Positions 1 through 24,586 are shown, numbered from the stretch's first letter. The stretch: 64,000 nt of DNA from Klebsormidium nitens (GCA_000708835.1 DF237371.1:1-64000), one strand, 5' to 3'. Numbers and translations: made by a program. Notes: generated by a model from the letters alone, not told the origin.

Positions 1-4
1 TTAG

Positions 5-262
5 TATTGTAATTGACTTTTTGGAGAAGAGAATATAACAGATTAGTAGTACAGAGTTTTCCCTCTCGGATCAAATTGCCAATATGTATCTATGTAAGGC
101 CATGCCTGAGAAAAGATGCAATATTGTAATTGAGTTTTTGGAGAAGAGCATATAACAGATTAGCAGTACAGAGTTTTCCCTCTTGGATCAATTTGGCGAT
201 ATATATGTATGTAAGGCCATACCCGCAAAAGCTGCAATATTGTACTTGAATTTTCGGAGGAG
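5..262. repeat. Tandem repeat, ~117-bp unit, two full copies plus a degenerate partial third (may extend left of the window)
   Basis: Units start with TATTGTAATTGA at 5 and 122 and TATTGTACTTGA at 238. Copies 1 and 2 share GGAGAAGAG.ATATAACAGATTAG.AGTACAGAGTTTTCCCTCT.GGATCAA and TATGTAAGGCCAT. Confidence 0.9.
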
Positions 263-587
263 AAGGTAACCTACTTAGGAGTACACTGGCATAGCTTCCG
301 AGTGCCCGGTGATCGGGTTGGGACCACTTGGGTCCGCACCCGGCTCCCACTTCAGGTTTCGACCCCTGGTACGACCGTTCCGGACACCTTCACTCTTTTG
401 GTACCTGGGGGGTATGACGTGGCGCGCTGTGATTCGTCCAAATTTAACTCCGAACTTCATTTGGCTTGCTGCATGTGATCATTCCGAGTCCGCGCGCGGC
501 GCCGGACGAACCGCAAACCGTACAGTACGGAAAGCCGCTGCACGATTCGATCGGACGGCTTCAATCTGCTTCTGCGATTACGTTGTT

Positions 588-666
588 GGCGGGAAAGACT
601 GTCGATTCTCCAATGGCTGCAACGAATCAGAAGACAGAATTCTGCCACATCAGCAAATATTGGCGC
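588..666. promoter_or_regulatory. Two E2F-type sites upstream of MCM2
   Basis: GGCGGGAAA at 588-596 (TTTCCCGCC on the minus strand, canonical E2F site) and ATTGGCGC at 659-666 (fits WTTSSCSS), ~280-360 bp before the predicted MCM2 ATG. MCM genes are established E2F targets. Confidence 0.6.
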
Positions 667-946
667 GAAGAGAACAAACGCAGCTGGAGTCCACTAATCT
701 TCCAGTCTCCACTGCACTGCACTGCAGGTGCAACAGCAGCCTGCCTTACGGTTGAACGGCGCCAGCTTCTGTAAAAGTGACCGCATCATCAAAGTTGGAA
801 GAGCATCCGATCGAGGCGCCCAACTGTCGCTGACCTTGAGTGCTTTGTGGAACCGATCGGCACTTGTGCCACCCAAGCGGCGCTCCCACCTGCATCTGTG
901 TATTTTACCGATTTCACTACGTTGTGGAGGACTTGTCCTTTGAGAA

Positions 947-10750
<9,804 letters not shown>

Positions 10751-11754
10751 TGTCTGTAGAAAATTCATTGTTTTCTTAGCGGATAATAGGCTATAGTGTA
10801 ATGTCATTATATTTGAACGAGTTGCTGTGTCACGGGAATGTGGGCATCATTGGGTATAATCAGAAGAGGCAAGGTGTGCTGACAATTCGCAAAACAACAA
10901 CCACCTTGCGTGTCTTCGCTAGATATAGCACGCTCTTCTTGCTCCACTTGATTCAAGCTGTCATCGACTCCGCGTCGATACGAAACTATGCGTCTTCCGT
11001 CTAAACTTGACATGCGGCGGCAAGTAATCGGGCGCCTTGCAAGCCAGGGCACAGATGCACTAGAGAACAATGACGTTCACCGAACGCTCTCATTTGACGT
11101 TACTCCGTGTACTCGTCGCTTGATGTACCTCATCATGTCGGATGTTTTGCGAGCTGCTAGCAAAAATTTGTCAAAAAGATCGGTCGGAACGAGATATAAT
11201 TGGCAGCAAAGCGATCCCGGTTGGCCATGTTGACGCATTGACTGCAGATGTCTTTTGCAAAGTGTCTACGTGACAGGTTCTATAGAGCGGCGCCGGCCAT
11301 AAAAGGAAAGACATCTCATGATGTCATTGAATCAGCCGCGCCACATGTATGAGCCGCACTGTTGCACTCAATTGAGGCACACCGACTGAGCCTCAGTGCA
11401 ACTGAGGTCGATGTCACTAGCTTTGGCCGCCGTCAGTCTTTATGTGCATGAGCGCTCACTGGACATCAGGGCAAATAAGTATAGTGAGTCATCATATGCT
11501 AGGTCTTATTTGTGAGTCAATATTTGAAACGAAAAATACTTGAGCAAGGCTAAGCAACGCTTGACACTCGAGTGCTATCGTTCTTCTGAGCTCCGTCACG
11601 CAGTGCGACCAATGCGGTCGCTGCTTCTTTGCTCGCGAGCTTACTATAAGCTTATTGCTGCTACAAGCCTAGCCGTAGCCACATAAGCGCAACATAGTCA
11701 AGTACCAGTACGCACCCCCTCGGCTTTCGTTCCACTACGGGCTGCCAGAGTCCC

Positions 11755-14700
11755 CTAGAAGTGTAGCCAGTCCTTGAGGTTCTGGAGAGGGCCCACCCCC
11801 GTGAGGGCGCCCTGAGCAAAGAAGCCGGCAGCCGCGAGCATCGCTAGCCGCCCGTTTTTGATCTCTTTCACCTGCACGAAAATTTGGTCATCCTGGTCAA
11901 CCACGCACGCTAGTCAGAAGGACGTTATGTGCAGGAACCAGCTGGCGTAAGCCAGCGACGAGGGTTGCGCGGTCGGACCAGCTTGTGACATAGCCGCCGT
12001 GCAATTAGCCGCCGCAAATCGCACTGTGTTTTTGGAGCATACATTTAAAAAAGACGGATTCAGGACAGAACTTGGCTCAGAACGTGGAAGATGGCATCCT
12101 TCTTGGAACCTAAACCCGAGCCTCTGCTTCCGTCGAGTTCGCCGACCATTTGCCAGTGGCGGCTTCTCTGTACTGCTCGGAAATTTTCATGTGCCACCAT
12201 TGTCTGCAGCATTATGCCAAGATCGCCTCCAAGTGGAGAATAGCGAAATAAAACGAATTCCAACTGGAGTTATCTATTCGCGAGGCGCCCCATGCCGCGA
12301 GGAAGGGCACTCCAAACGGCGATCTGTTCGGCATCCACCCCCTTACGCCACACTTTCCTGGTCACTAAAAGGCCCTGCTCACACCTTAAAACAAAATTGC
12401 CCTTCAGCCTCTCACGAGCGAAAAACTCCTCCTGAAAGGATTGATCTACGGAAGCCCCATACCTTGAGCTCTGCGAGCGACTCGGGGTCGGTGGAGAAGC
12501 CGAGCGGGTCGAACGCCTTGCCCCCCGGGTAAAGCCCGTCCATCTCTTTGGGCGCCTTCAGGCGGGCGAACTCAGCACCGCCCATCAACACGGCCTGAAA
12601 TGCAGCAACGGCGATGATGCTGCAAAAGGAGGGACGCGTCATCACACGCGTCAATGGCCGTGGTATACAGTACTTACCCACGTTCAGCGGGGAGAGCTGT
12701 CAAAGATCCTCGGAGATGCGGGACAGGTTCGAAACATCAAGAAGAAGCGAGAGGCCGGAGACTTCGGTTAACTTTCAAGAATTCTTTACAATGCAGGCAC
12801 CCCTCTCCCCCAACGCTTAAAGTCTGCTAGGTGAATATTTACCCTGCTAGGTGAATAGTCAATCTTATAGGCAGGGTAAAAAACCAATGGTAAAAAACCA
12901 GAAACATTCCCATTGATGGGAAATGTTTTGCACAACCAGATTTCAAAATCGCAGCTGCTGTCCGCATTAGACCCCTGAGAAGGCTCAAGTGATCCCAACA
13001 TGAATTCGATTCATGAGGAAGACAACTGGAGACACTGGGGCTATTGCAAACCCACATCAGTCCCTCTCTTCTTGTTTACCTGTGTGCGTTGACCACGTTG
13101 GGTGCTCCCAGATAGTCAATCCCTGCCGGGTCGAAGATCTGCGCGCCTGTCTTGAACCACACCGGCTCGAAGCCCTCGGACGCCGGGAAGAACTCCGGGT
13201 ACAGCATGCCCACAACACCGAGCATCGCCCACCTGAGGGGGCAGACACCGCACTTTAAGCAGCGAGGAAAGAGCGCCAAGCGGGTTAACAGAAAGCAAGG
13301 GCGGCATCCGATAATACTTTCATTGACAGAGATGTGTGAGTAGATTTTCTCGTGGGTGCTCTTTGTGTTGATTGGGGTGAGCCAGAGTCAGAAAGGTGTT
13401 CCAGCTAGGGGGGGAATTGTCAAGTCAATGAAGTAAGCGGGGAAGGAGGTCGCGCTGAGTGACCTTTGAGGCAGCTCCCACTCGTGCTCAGCCTGGCGCT
13501 CTGAATTGTGACTCAAGCAGCGCTGTGAGCTCTACATGGGGCTCAGCTTACAGGTTTTGCTGCAAGTGACGGCAGTCCAATCTCTACAACAACCATGGTT
13601 TGTATTTGAAAGAAGCATGCCAGTGTACGACAACCTTTACTTTCTGCCCGTGCTTTTGCTACTTGACAAGCAGCGTCGCAGACTACACGTAAGGCGGTTC
13701 GAACAGAAAGTGCCTCTAGGACTGGCACCCTGAAGGCTACAGCAACAATTGCACGACCCGTCAAACACAGGAAGTCCTGAAGCAATGGGCGCCTCGAGTC
13801 ACTGCCACCTTACCTTGCATTGAAAAGCTCCTGGGCTCTCAACCTAGCGAAGGCCTTCTCGTCCTGCACAGGAAGCATAGAATTGAATGGTGGTACAGCT
13901 TTCACAGGCGGTAGAATGCGCGGGAAGTCCTTTAGTTCACTCCGAGGAACTTTTCAAGGGTTCAGGTGCACACTCAGACGGAAAACCAGCTCAGAAAGAG
14001 ATGATTTTGGCCCCACAACTAGCCAAAGTATGCAAATGTTAAAAACAGGAAGACCGGCCGATATCTTGAACCATTGGTATAAAGGCGCCCTCGCCTTGTC
14101 ATAAAGCAGCGGCTGTTTGCTGCAACTCTATTCAGCATAAGAGATGCTGAAAGCTGGGTGCCACCACACCTTCCGCCTGAAGCAATCATACAAGCCTGCG
14201 ACCAAGCTTTCCCTTTCTTCCAGAGAGAAAAGCACGGCGTCCATCTGTTTGGCGGCACATTCACAGCAATGCCTGAATCCACATTTGCCAGGCCAGAGCG
14301 GCACCACACTGTCACCAAACTGATGGCGTTACATAGAGTGAGACCATAGACCCACATTCATTGCCACTTGTCACACGCCGTCTTTACCTTGCAGAAGCCC
14401 AACACATCAATGCCGTAGTCCCCAGCATACTGCCCCTTCAGGTAGTCCGGCACGTCCGCCGCCGATGTGAAAGCGCCCTTCCACTTTGGCCGCTCGGGCC
14501 CGTACAGCGCCTTTGTCGCGTCGACCCCCTTGGGAAGCGACTTGCCAAACTCCTTGTACCACCTCGCCCAACCGGTAAGCCTCCGCTTGGAATCAATCCG
14601 GACGTCCGGGGAAGGGTCGTTCCTCTCGGCCTGGTCAATGAGGTTGAACACGTCATCGAGGCCCACATTCGCCATGTCTTCATCGGTGGGCTCCGCCATT

Positions 14701-14831
14701 TTGGCGCGCACGCCGCAGGCTTTGAAGGTCGGGGCACTGCGGCATTGCGGGGTTTGGAGGAGGTGGGCAGAGGAGCCGGTGAGGAAGGAGGGGCCGGCGG
14801 CGAGGGTGCGGGAGAGGACGGTGGCCGCCAT
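11755..14831 (-). CDS. Light-harvesting chlorophyll a/b-binding protein, LHCII-type, divergent (Lhcb9-like)
   Basis: Exons 14831-14388 (transit peptide [10 protein letters not shown]..., [22 protein letters not shown]), 13863-13814 ([17 protein letters not shown]), 13232-13080 (WAMLG...[11 protein letters not shown]...LDYLG-like IDYLG), 12619-12463 ([23 protein letters not shown]), 11871-11755 ([11 protein letters not shown]...[12 protein letters not shown]). All junctions are GT-AG and in frame. Confidence 0.93.
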
Positions 14832-15721
14832 TGTGGACAGAGCGCAACTGGAGCGCAGAAATATCGTTGGAGGTGCGTAGAGATCTGTCAGCAAAAGGAA
14901 ACAGGTCTGTGGAGGCATTGGAGGGCGCCTGGAGCTGCCAACTAGGACTAGTAGGAGGTAGACAGCTAAAGACACCCTCGGTAAAGGCAGCTTTGCGCGG
15001 TAAAGGTCACTGATCACTACGGGCTGGACTTTGAGGCAAGTTGAGCAGGTTTGGGCTCCCAGTAACGACCGAACCGAGGAGCCCAAACCCAGCGTTTACG
15101 GTTTCCGCACGCCTCTGGACCCTAGAAAGTTCGAACTGATTCAACCCCTCTGTCCCCCGGTCACTTTCAAATCGGTCAACATGGCCCTTTAAAGTCGAAA
15201 CCCATGAAAAGTGGAATCCACGTGGCAGAATCTAAGCAAACAGAATTTGGTCCCAACTTGCAGATCTGTCAACGATTTTTGGGCACCGATCGGATCCGCC
15301 GTTGCTTGAGCTATGTGCTCAAACAAGGGCAAATGCCAATGTCATGCATGTGGCGGGCAAAGCCGCGCGCATATGTTTTCCAAAGCCGTGAAGGTGCCTA
15401 AAAGCTCGAGCAGAGACGCTCCCCGCGGAGCCTAAACTGCTAAATGCTCAGTGCTAGCGGACTCAGGGATCCAGGTCTGGGGATCTCCTCCAATCATCCT
15501 GAGGCTATGGCAACACCTGCATGAGCACATCAGAGACTTGCACCCGCTGCCTGCAGCTTGGGGTTTTGGAAGAGTCCTACACAACCTGCGCAACGCCATG
15601 ACAATACCTCAAACTCTTCAATGTCGAGCTAAATTCTGCCTCCGTTCTGTAGCCGATTCCAGCTCCTTAGCCACAAGCTTTTTGCAGCACCCGTCGCGCT
15701 TCCTTTCAGCTTCCCAAAACC

Positions 15722-18426
15722 ATGGGCACCATGACACTCCCAATTGTAGCTCTCTCTGTCCTAGCCCTCCTCGCACTCGTCCAGTGTCAGCCCCTCTCAG
15801 CCCCTGCCCCCGCTCCCACCGCCACTCCAACCAGCTGCGTCCTCACCCCTGAGCTGACCGAAGGCCCCTACTGGCTGGAAGATAAGCTATTGCGCGCCAA
15901 CATAACCGAGGGCCAGGCCGGGATCCCCTTCAACCTTTCCATCGTCGTCTTGGATGTCACCACCTGCCTCCCAATCCCCAACGTTTTCGTTGACATCTGG
16001 CACTGCAATGCAACTGGATTCTACTCAGGATTTGGGGGTAGCACGACATCTTCCCCGGGGATGGGTGGCGGAGGCCCGGGGGGGTCCAGCTCCTCCACAA
16101 ACAACCAGACGTTTCTGAGGGGGATCACCCAGACGGACGCCAACGGTGTGGCAACGTTCGCGACGATCCAGCCGGGGTGGTATGCGGGGCGCACCCCTCA
16201 CATTCACGTCAAGGTGGGTGCAAAGCTCTTGACTGTGGATCCTTCTGTTGTGTGCCTGTTGCGAGTATCTTGATCTCAGTGGGTGTCCAGAATGTCCAAA
16301 TTTGTAATTTCTATTGAGTAGTGCCTATATTTCTTCGAAAGAAAATGACTGGGTGCTCGGTAGGTAGAGAAGCTCTTTGGGTCCTGGCTCTGGATGAGCT
16401 GGGGGAAATGCACACTTCTCAGTAGCCTTTTGTTGTCAAGACAGTGAACATCTCTTGCTTTGGTTGCTGACTTGCGAGCTCAGGATCAATGAATTCAATC
16501 CTGAGCTCAAAATTTAACAGATCTGCAACGAGCGATTAGTAAGAGATTGAAAGCTCTCCTCTGCTTCGTTAGAAAGCTACATACAAGCAGGGGTCCGTTT
16601 CTGCATATGTAGTTTCGTCAGACTGTGTCAAAATCTATGCAGGGCACATTCTTTGAGCTGTTAGATATTGTAGTCAATTTGTGTCCGTGTTTATGATCGT
16701 CCGCAAGTCTGCTTTCCGGAGCTTCTCTTCTTCAGCCTCTTTTGCCCCTGCCAAAGCTCTCAATGATGATTATTATCGAAATGTTCCTATGAGGGGGGTC
16801 AATTAGCATTCAAAGATACTCTTCTCTTTCAGCTTGCTTCAGCTCGATGTCCCTTAAGTTTACTCCCGCTGTTCTCTGTGGTGTTGCTCTCTCATGGCCA
16901 GTTCAATAGAACGTCACAAATAGTCACCTTGACTTTCTATCTACTTGCCTCGTCTCTCGCCACTTTCTCTTCTCTCCCCCACCATCCTCATTACCCATCC
17001 TTCAAAACCGTCAAGGCGGCATTTTTTTTATTCTTTTGCGACACATAATCTAACAGAGTCTCTCCCCTTTTTCAAGGTGCACATCCCCACAAACACCAGC
17101 ACCTCGGTCCCTGCCGAGTACGCCTCCAGCCACACGGTTCATACCGGGCAGCTCTTCTTCACGGACGCCCACATGGCCCTCGTGTCCGCCGTCGCTCCGT
17201 ACACCAACGACACCAACGCGTATGTCGCGCTGACGTCAGACGGCATCTACAACAGCAGCCCCGTGGAGCTCCTGAACATGACGCAAGTTTCGGCGACCAA
17301 CATTGCGGCGGGGCTGGTCGCAACGATTAACGCGATTGTGGACACGACGGCGAACCGCCCGCCGACGTCGAGCGCGTCGAATGTTGCTACGACGTCGCCG
17401 AGCAGTACGAGTGCGACGACTGCCCCCAGCACGAGCGCAACAACCGCGCCCAGTACGGTGGCTGCCGCCACGCCTACGCCTACAGGTGAGGTCGATTTGA
17501 CTCCAATTTAGATGCTGTTGATTGGTTGTTTCGGACGTCTATCTGGGAATTTTCGCCGTTCTTAACGCGGCTGGAGCGACCGGTCGGTGGGCCTGTGAAC
17601 CGTCAGAATGACGATGAAGGCCTCGTCTTGGGGCTTCTCCGCGATTGATGTTCAATGTGATTGCAATTGAACCGTCGTGATATCGATTCTGTATGGTTGC
17701 TTAGAACGCCACTCTCGATCGCCGAGCTCGACAGTCGACCTTCTCATAGAGTGGGACGTTGTGGTGTGCTGTGCCGGTTGGAGGCACTAGGCAACGGAAG
17801 ATGTTATCTGCTTTGCTCTGTGGAAGGAACCTTGAAGCGAGACATAGTGTAATGCGGTCGTTGTGACCAAAAGCTTGTAAGGCATGACGGCTGGTGAAGA
17901 AGGAAAAAGAACCATCCTTTCTGCAAGATTGTTGTTGTTGCGGAGCTCTGATCGAATTACCGCTCCATCTGCAGTCGCACAGAGTGCCCCTGTCTCGGCG
18001 GTGACGTCAACGTCATCAGCGCAGGCCCCCGGCTCAGCGGTGCCCGCATCATCCGGGAGTGCAATGGGTGAGCGGCTGCCACGTGTCCTTGACAGGAGAT
18101 TACCGAAGTCGTTAGACAGTTATGTTCGAGCAAAAGTGAATTAGGAGCTCTAGAGGTTGGTGCTCGGCCTCCGTACTAGTATCGCTCAAGCTTGTTGTCT
18201 GTCGCTCGTTGACACGAACAAATGAAAGGACGCTTTACGACGTTTTCGGCCGTCCCAAATACTGTTCTTCCCCACTGGTTCCCTAAAGCCTTGTTTCCAA
18301 ATGCTACGCTTTCTGAACGTCGGATCTGATTCAGCGCTCCTGCTCTTTGCAGGTGCTCACCCAATTGACCTGACGAGTGCCACGCTCTTGGCCCTGGTGT
18401 CATTCTTTGCTATAGCCTGCTTCTAA
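15722..18426 (+). CDS. Secreted intradiol ring-cleavage dioxygenase-like protein with Ser/Thr/Pro stalk and probable GPI-anchor signal
   Basis: Exons 15722-16213, 17077-17485, 17975-18067, 18353-18426. Signal peptide MTLPIVALSVLALLALVQC. Family motifs TEGPYW, VDIWHCNATGFYSG, LRGITQTDANG, PGWYAGRTPHIHVK, HTGQLFF. C-terminus DLTSATLLALVSFFAIACF*. Confidence 0.88.
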
Positions 18427-19299
18427 TCGTGACACGTTCAGGGCTTAGTAGGTAGAAAGTTAAGGTCTTTGGTAGGGAGATAGAGGTAGATTGAAGGTGT
18501 GTCCGAACAATCGTAAACTCCTGCAGCAAGCAGGACTTAGACAGCTTTGATTTTGGCTCGCGTGTAGAAACCTGGAATTTAGCACTGGAGTGTTCGCTGG
18601 TTAGAACCCTCTGATTCGGCTGACCTCCAATCACTAGCTCGTATCTTATGAATGAAGTAGGTCGTAGGTTGCCCATCAGCCAGGCCAGTGTGCTCGGACA
18701 TAATTAGTTGCGCCAGCATCGCTCAGTTTACGAGATACCAGAACGCACTTCGTTTACTGTCGATTTGAGTATAATTATAACGGATCATTGATACCTATCT
18801 ACGATAAGTGCACTGAGTTTCCGAAAGCTGGGTGTCAGGCTTGTGTCTGCATGGTCACTCCGACAAGATTATGCGCTTAATAACCTTGCCATGTACGCAA
18901 ACTTCGTAGTGTGATACATAACCGATCCATGATCTTCGGCCTAACAGTTGTTAAATCAATCCGGCCGGTCCTTATAAGCTATACGCCACCACATATGGTG
19001 GTCACCGTTTGCAGATTCCCGACAATTTATGAAGGATTCCGGCGTCCGCGCATGGTGCGGGAAGCTTCGTGCAATCAGTGCTCACGCACAGCTATATACT
19101 CAATACTTTTACTTTGAAGTGATTAGAGAGCATGGAACGCAATTATCAACATTTGAAGCACGTAGACGCTCGGTGAGCTTGTCTCATGCACATGTGCCAC
19201 CCAGTAAGCGAGGCGGCCATTTCGTGGCAAGTCGCCCGTGATTCGTAACCGGCTGCCTAATGCTTTCCTACGAATTGCCATCAAGACACGTCTTTCCGA

Positions 19300-21507
<2,208 letters not shown>

Positions 21508-22042
21508 TGTTAGGCGGAGCTAGCGGTGTCACTGCACTGCGAGTAAACTCGACCTTGTGAGGACCACCCCTCAGCTCTACTGGTGCTGCGCCTCGAAAGG
21601 AAAGCCCCTTCTGTCAACAGCACTCTTCGTTCGCCCTGATCGGAATCCTGAGGAATGCTGTGCTCTAAATGGATGCACATGACCCGAAAATCGTTAACCT
21701 CAGAATTCTAGGGGATGGAAAGCTTAAACCCGGTCAGGTTATGTAAGAATGAAGGCTGTGCGAGTCTGCAGTTCCCTTCCCCCCAAGCACTCAAGAAGTT
21801 TGTAGGGAGTCGATCTTGGCGATGCCTCCATCTTCTATCTTACTATCTCAGTTGGAGCGCTGGCAAATGCGATGTAAGGTTACTGCTGCAGTAGCTTGGT
21901 CAGAAGGTCTCCCAAATGCACAAGTTGATCAGGTTGACTTCCATAAACCGGCGCGTTTCGCCACCAGGGCAAGGTCTTACACACAAACGGGACCGCAGCA
22001 GAGACGATCTTAGAAGTTCTAGACAATTATCAAGGCCCAGCA

Positions 22043-24411
22043 ATGTATGTGCTTTCAAGAGCGAGACACAATGTGACATCAAACCGGGTGATGCCATTTT
22101 TGTTGGGCGCTCTTGTAACTGCCATCTTCTTTCAGACCTCAAGCTTGGGCACCTTCTTCAGCAGTGGCACCATTGCTGAGGTCCAAGCTGTTTCCGTAGA
22201 GGTAAACAGGACACGCATTGATGCTCTCTTTCAGAAGCTATGGAAGGAACGCGAGGGCCAAGTGTGGATGTCAAAAGAGGAGGCACAGATGGTGGTGCAA
22301 TATTTGGAGCCAGGGCAGACCATGTGGGAGTGGGGTAGGTAAGTACCTAGCTGTCTCTGCCACTTCCGTATTCTGAGACGAGACTGTTTGTTTCTTGAAT
22401 GAAGGATCTCCTCGTCTCAGACTATGTTGCAGCTCTGAAGTGGCTATTGCACGTCACTAAATGTGAGCAAATGGCACAGCTGTAAAGTGGAGCTGATGAG
22501 ACACTCCAGATTAACATTCACCAAAGTAGATGGAGCAGAGAAAGACAAGTCACACCACCAATGCATCACAAACTCTCTCTGGGGATTCTGATCCGCTCTG
22601 CGCTGATCCGACCAGCCTGTTCAAACCTTTGATTGCGAGGTCCAATTGGTGGTGCTATGCATAAAGCCCCTGATCCATTTTGCTCTGCCTCTGCAGCGGG
22701 GGCTCCACCACTTTCTTCTCCCACTTTGTGTCAGAGTATTATTCAGTTGAGCATGACGAGGTCTGGTTCAACACCGTCAAGGAGCAGCTGACAGCCGACC
22801 CTGTTCTTTCGAAGAAAGTCAGCTACCAGCATGTTGCGTCAGTGCCTTACGAGCGGGTGTGGCCGGGCCCCCCCTCCATCGGGGCAAATTATGCACAGTA
22901 CATCAGGGCTGTGCCGGAGGACCTCAAGGTGACTCGCTATATATACCTGCAACTTGACATCTGTCTACTAATCAAAGGCTTCCACAGAAAGCCAAAATCT
23001 GAGCTAGTCCCGTCCCAACCAAGTAATCGTGTTTTGGTATTCGTCCTGGCTTCGTGACACCTCGTTCCTTGAAGGCAGTACCATGTTAGTAAGCTCCTCC
23101 AAGGTTCAAGCGCTCTTTTAACACCGGTCACAATTGCTGAATGTTGGAGGGCAAAGGGCAATTGACTGGAGACCAAAGGCCTCCACCCCTGGTGTTTGGC
23201 TCTCTGTTTCTCTCAGGTGACGGCATCGAATCCTTCACCCAGCTCCATTGCTTCTTCGCCTGAGATGTTGAGTGCGTCTATCTTCTGATGCAGGTGGACC
23301 GCTTCTTAGTGGACGGCCGGGCGCGGCCGCAGTGCGCCATCGAGGCTTTGTTCCATTTTCGAGACCCCCAAGACTCAATCCTGTTCTTGCACGACTTCTG
23401 GGACACTGTGCAGCGGGGACACTACAAGCTCGTCCTACTCCTGTACGAGATGATTGACACAGTGCTCGGTGGGTTGTAAAGACTTGAACTCTTCCAGTCG
23501 TCCATGTCCTTGTTTAAGTGCCAAAGCTTTTAGTCTTAGTCGTTGTTGCAGAACTAACCACCCGTGCTCAATTGAGCTGGCATGCTGTGCGCAGGGGGTT
23601 CCTGAAAGAGAAGCACTCTCTCTGCTCCTCTTTGTTTCTTTTTGAGAGAAATCTCAGACTCTGCCCTGGGAACGAGAAGCGGGGGAATAACGATTCTTGG
23701 AAAAGGCCACTAAGGGCTGAGGACACATAAACATTTCAATGATCCGAGTGTTCTGAGTTCCCCTGTCAGGGCTGCTACATATATAAAAGTCGAGATCATT
23801 TCTGCTAGTCTTACTGGGTGCTTACAACGGCAGAACGATCAAAATTGTAGCAACATCAATTGGTGCTTGGGTGTTCCCCTGCGCCGCATTCTGGAGTTGG
23901 ATCTCTAGAGCTTGACTACTCAAATGAGTCCTCGTACATGATTGTACAATTCTTCTGCCCGCTCTAGTCTTCCAGAGTTGAGAATTTACCAATGAAAGCG
24001 AGGTCGTTTATCTTCACCAGCAGAACGGATGGAAGGACAACTCAGACTCCCAGCCAACCTTTAAGGATCCCCTTTGGTTGGAAGTACTCAGATTGACGGC
24101 CCAAAGTCGCGTCAACTGTTGATCCCTTGGAGTCGGAACCAAGGAGGTTTGGCGGAATTCACCCAGGAGAGCATGTTTTCATGTCACTCGTTCGGTCAGC
24201 ACCAGACACATTACGGCTACAAACTTCGCATCGTTCCAATACTTAAGTCCGTTGTACTTCACCTGGCGCAGAGGAGCAGAGTCTCGTCGTCCTAAGGCCC
24301 AAACCTGATTGGAGGGAGCGCCTCGCACGGTTTGCGTATCCAGAGTGGTGGGTCGGGGCGACCGCGGACGACTCTGCAACTCCGGTACAGATTATTCGCG
24401 TGCTCGACTGA
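22043..24411 (+). CDS. Putative type II membrane class I SAM-dependent methyltransferase
   Basis: Exons 22043-22338, 22697-22929, ~23293-23467, ~24270-24411. N-terminal TM segment MPFLLGALVTAIFFQ. Motif I MWEWG|SGGST, YSVEHD, FLVDGRARPQCA, LFLHDFW. Junctions join in frame. Confidence 0.75.
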
Positions 24412-24586
24412 GTAGCAGTAAAGGCAGACTGTGAGGTAGGTACAGTAGAAAGCTACTGGTGTTTTCGCATCTTTTGCGCGCAGCTTTAAATGCGAGGGTT
24501 GCGGAGCAAGCAATCTACTTTAGGATCGACAGCAGGGCACTCGTGAGCAACCGCTGGCCGCGGGCATGTAATTCTTACTTTTTGTT

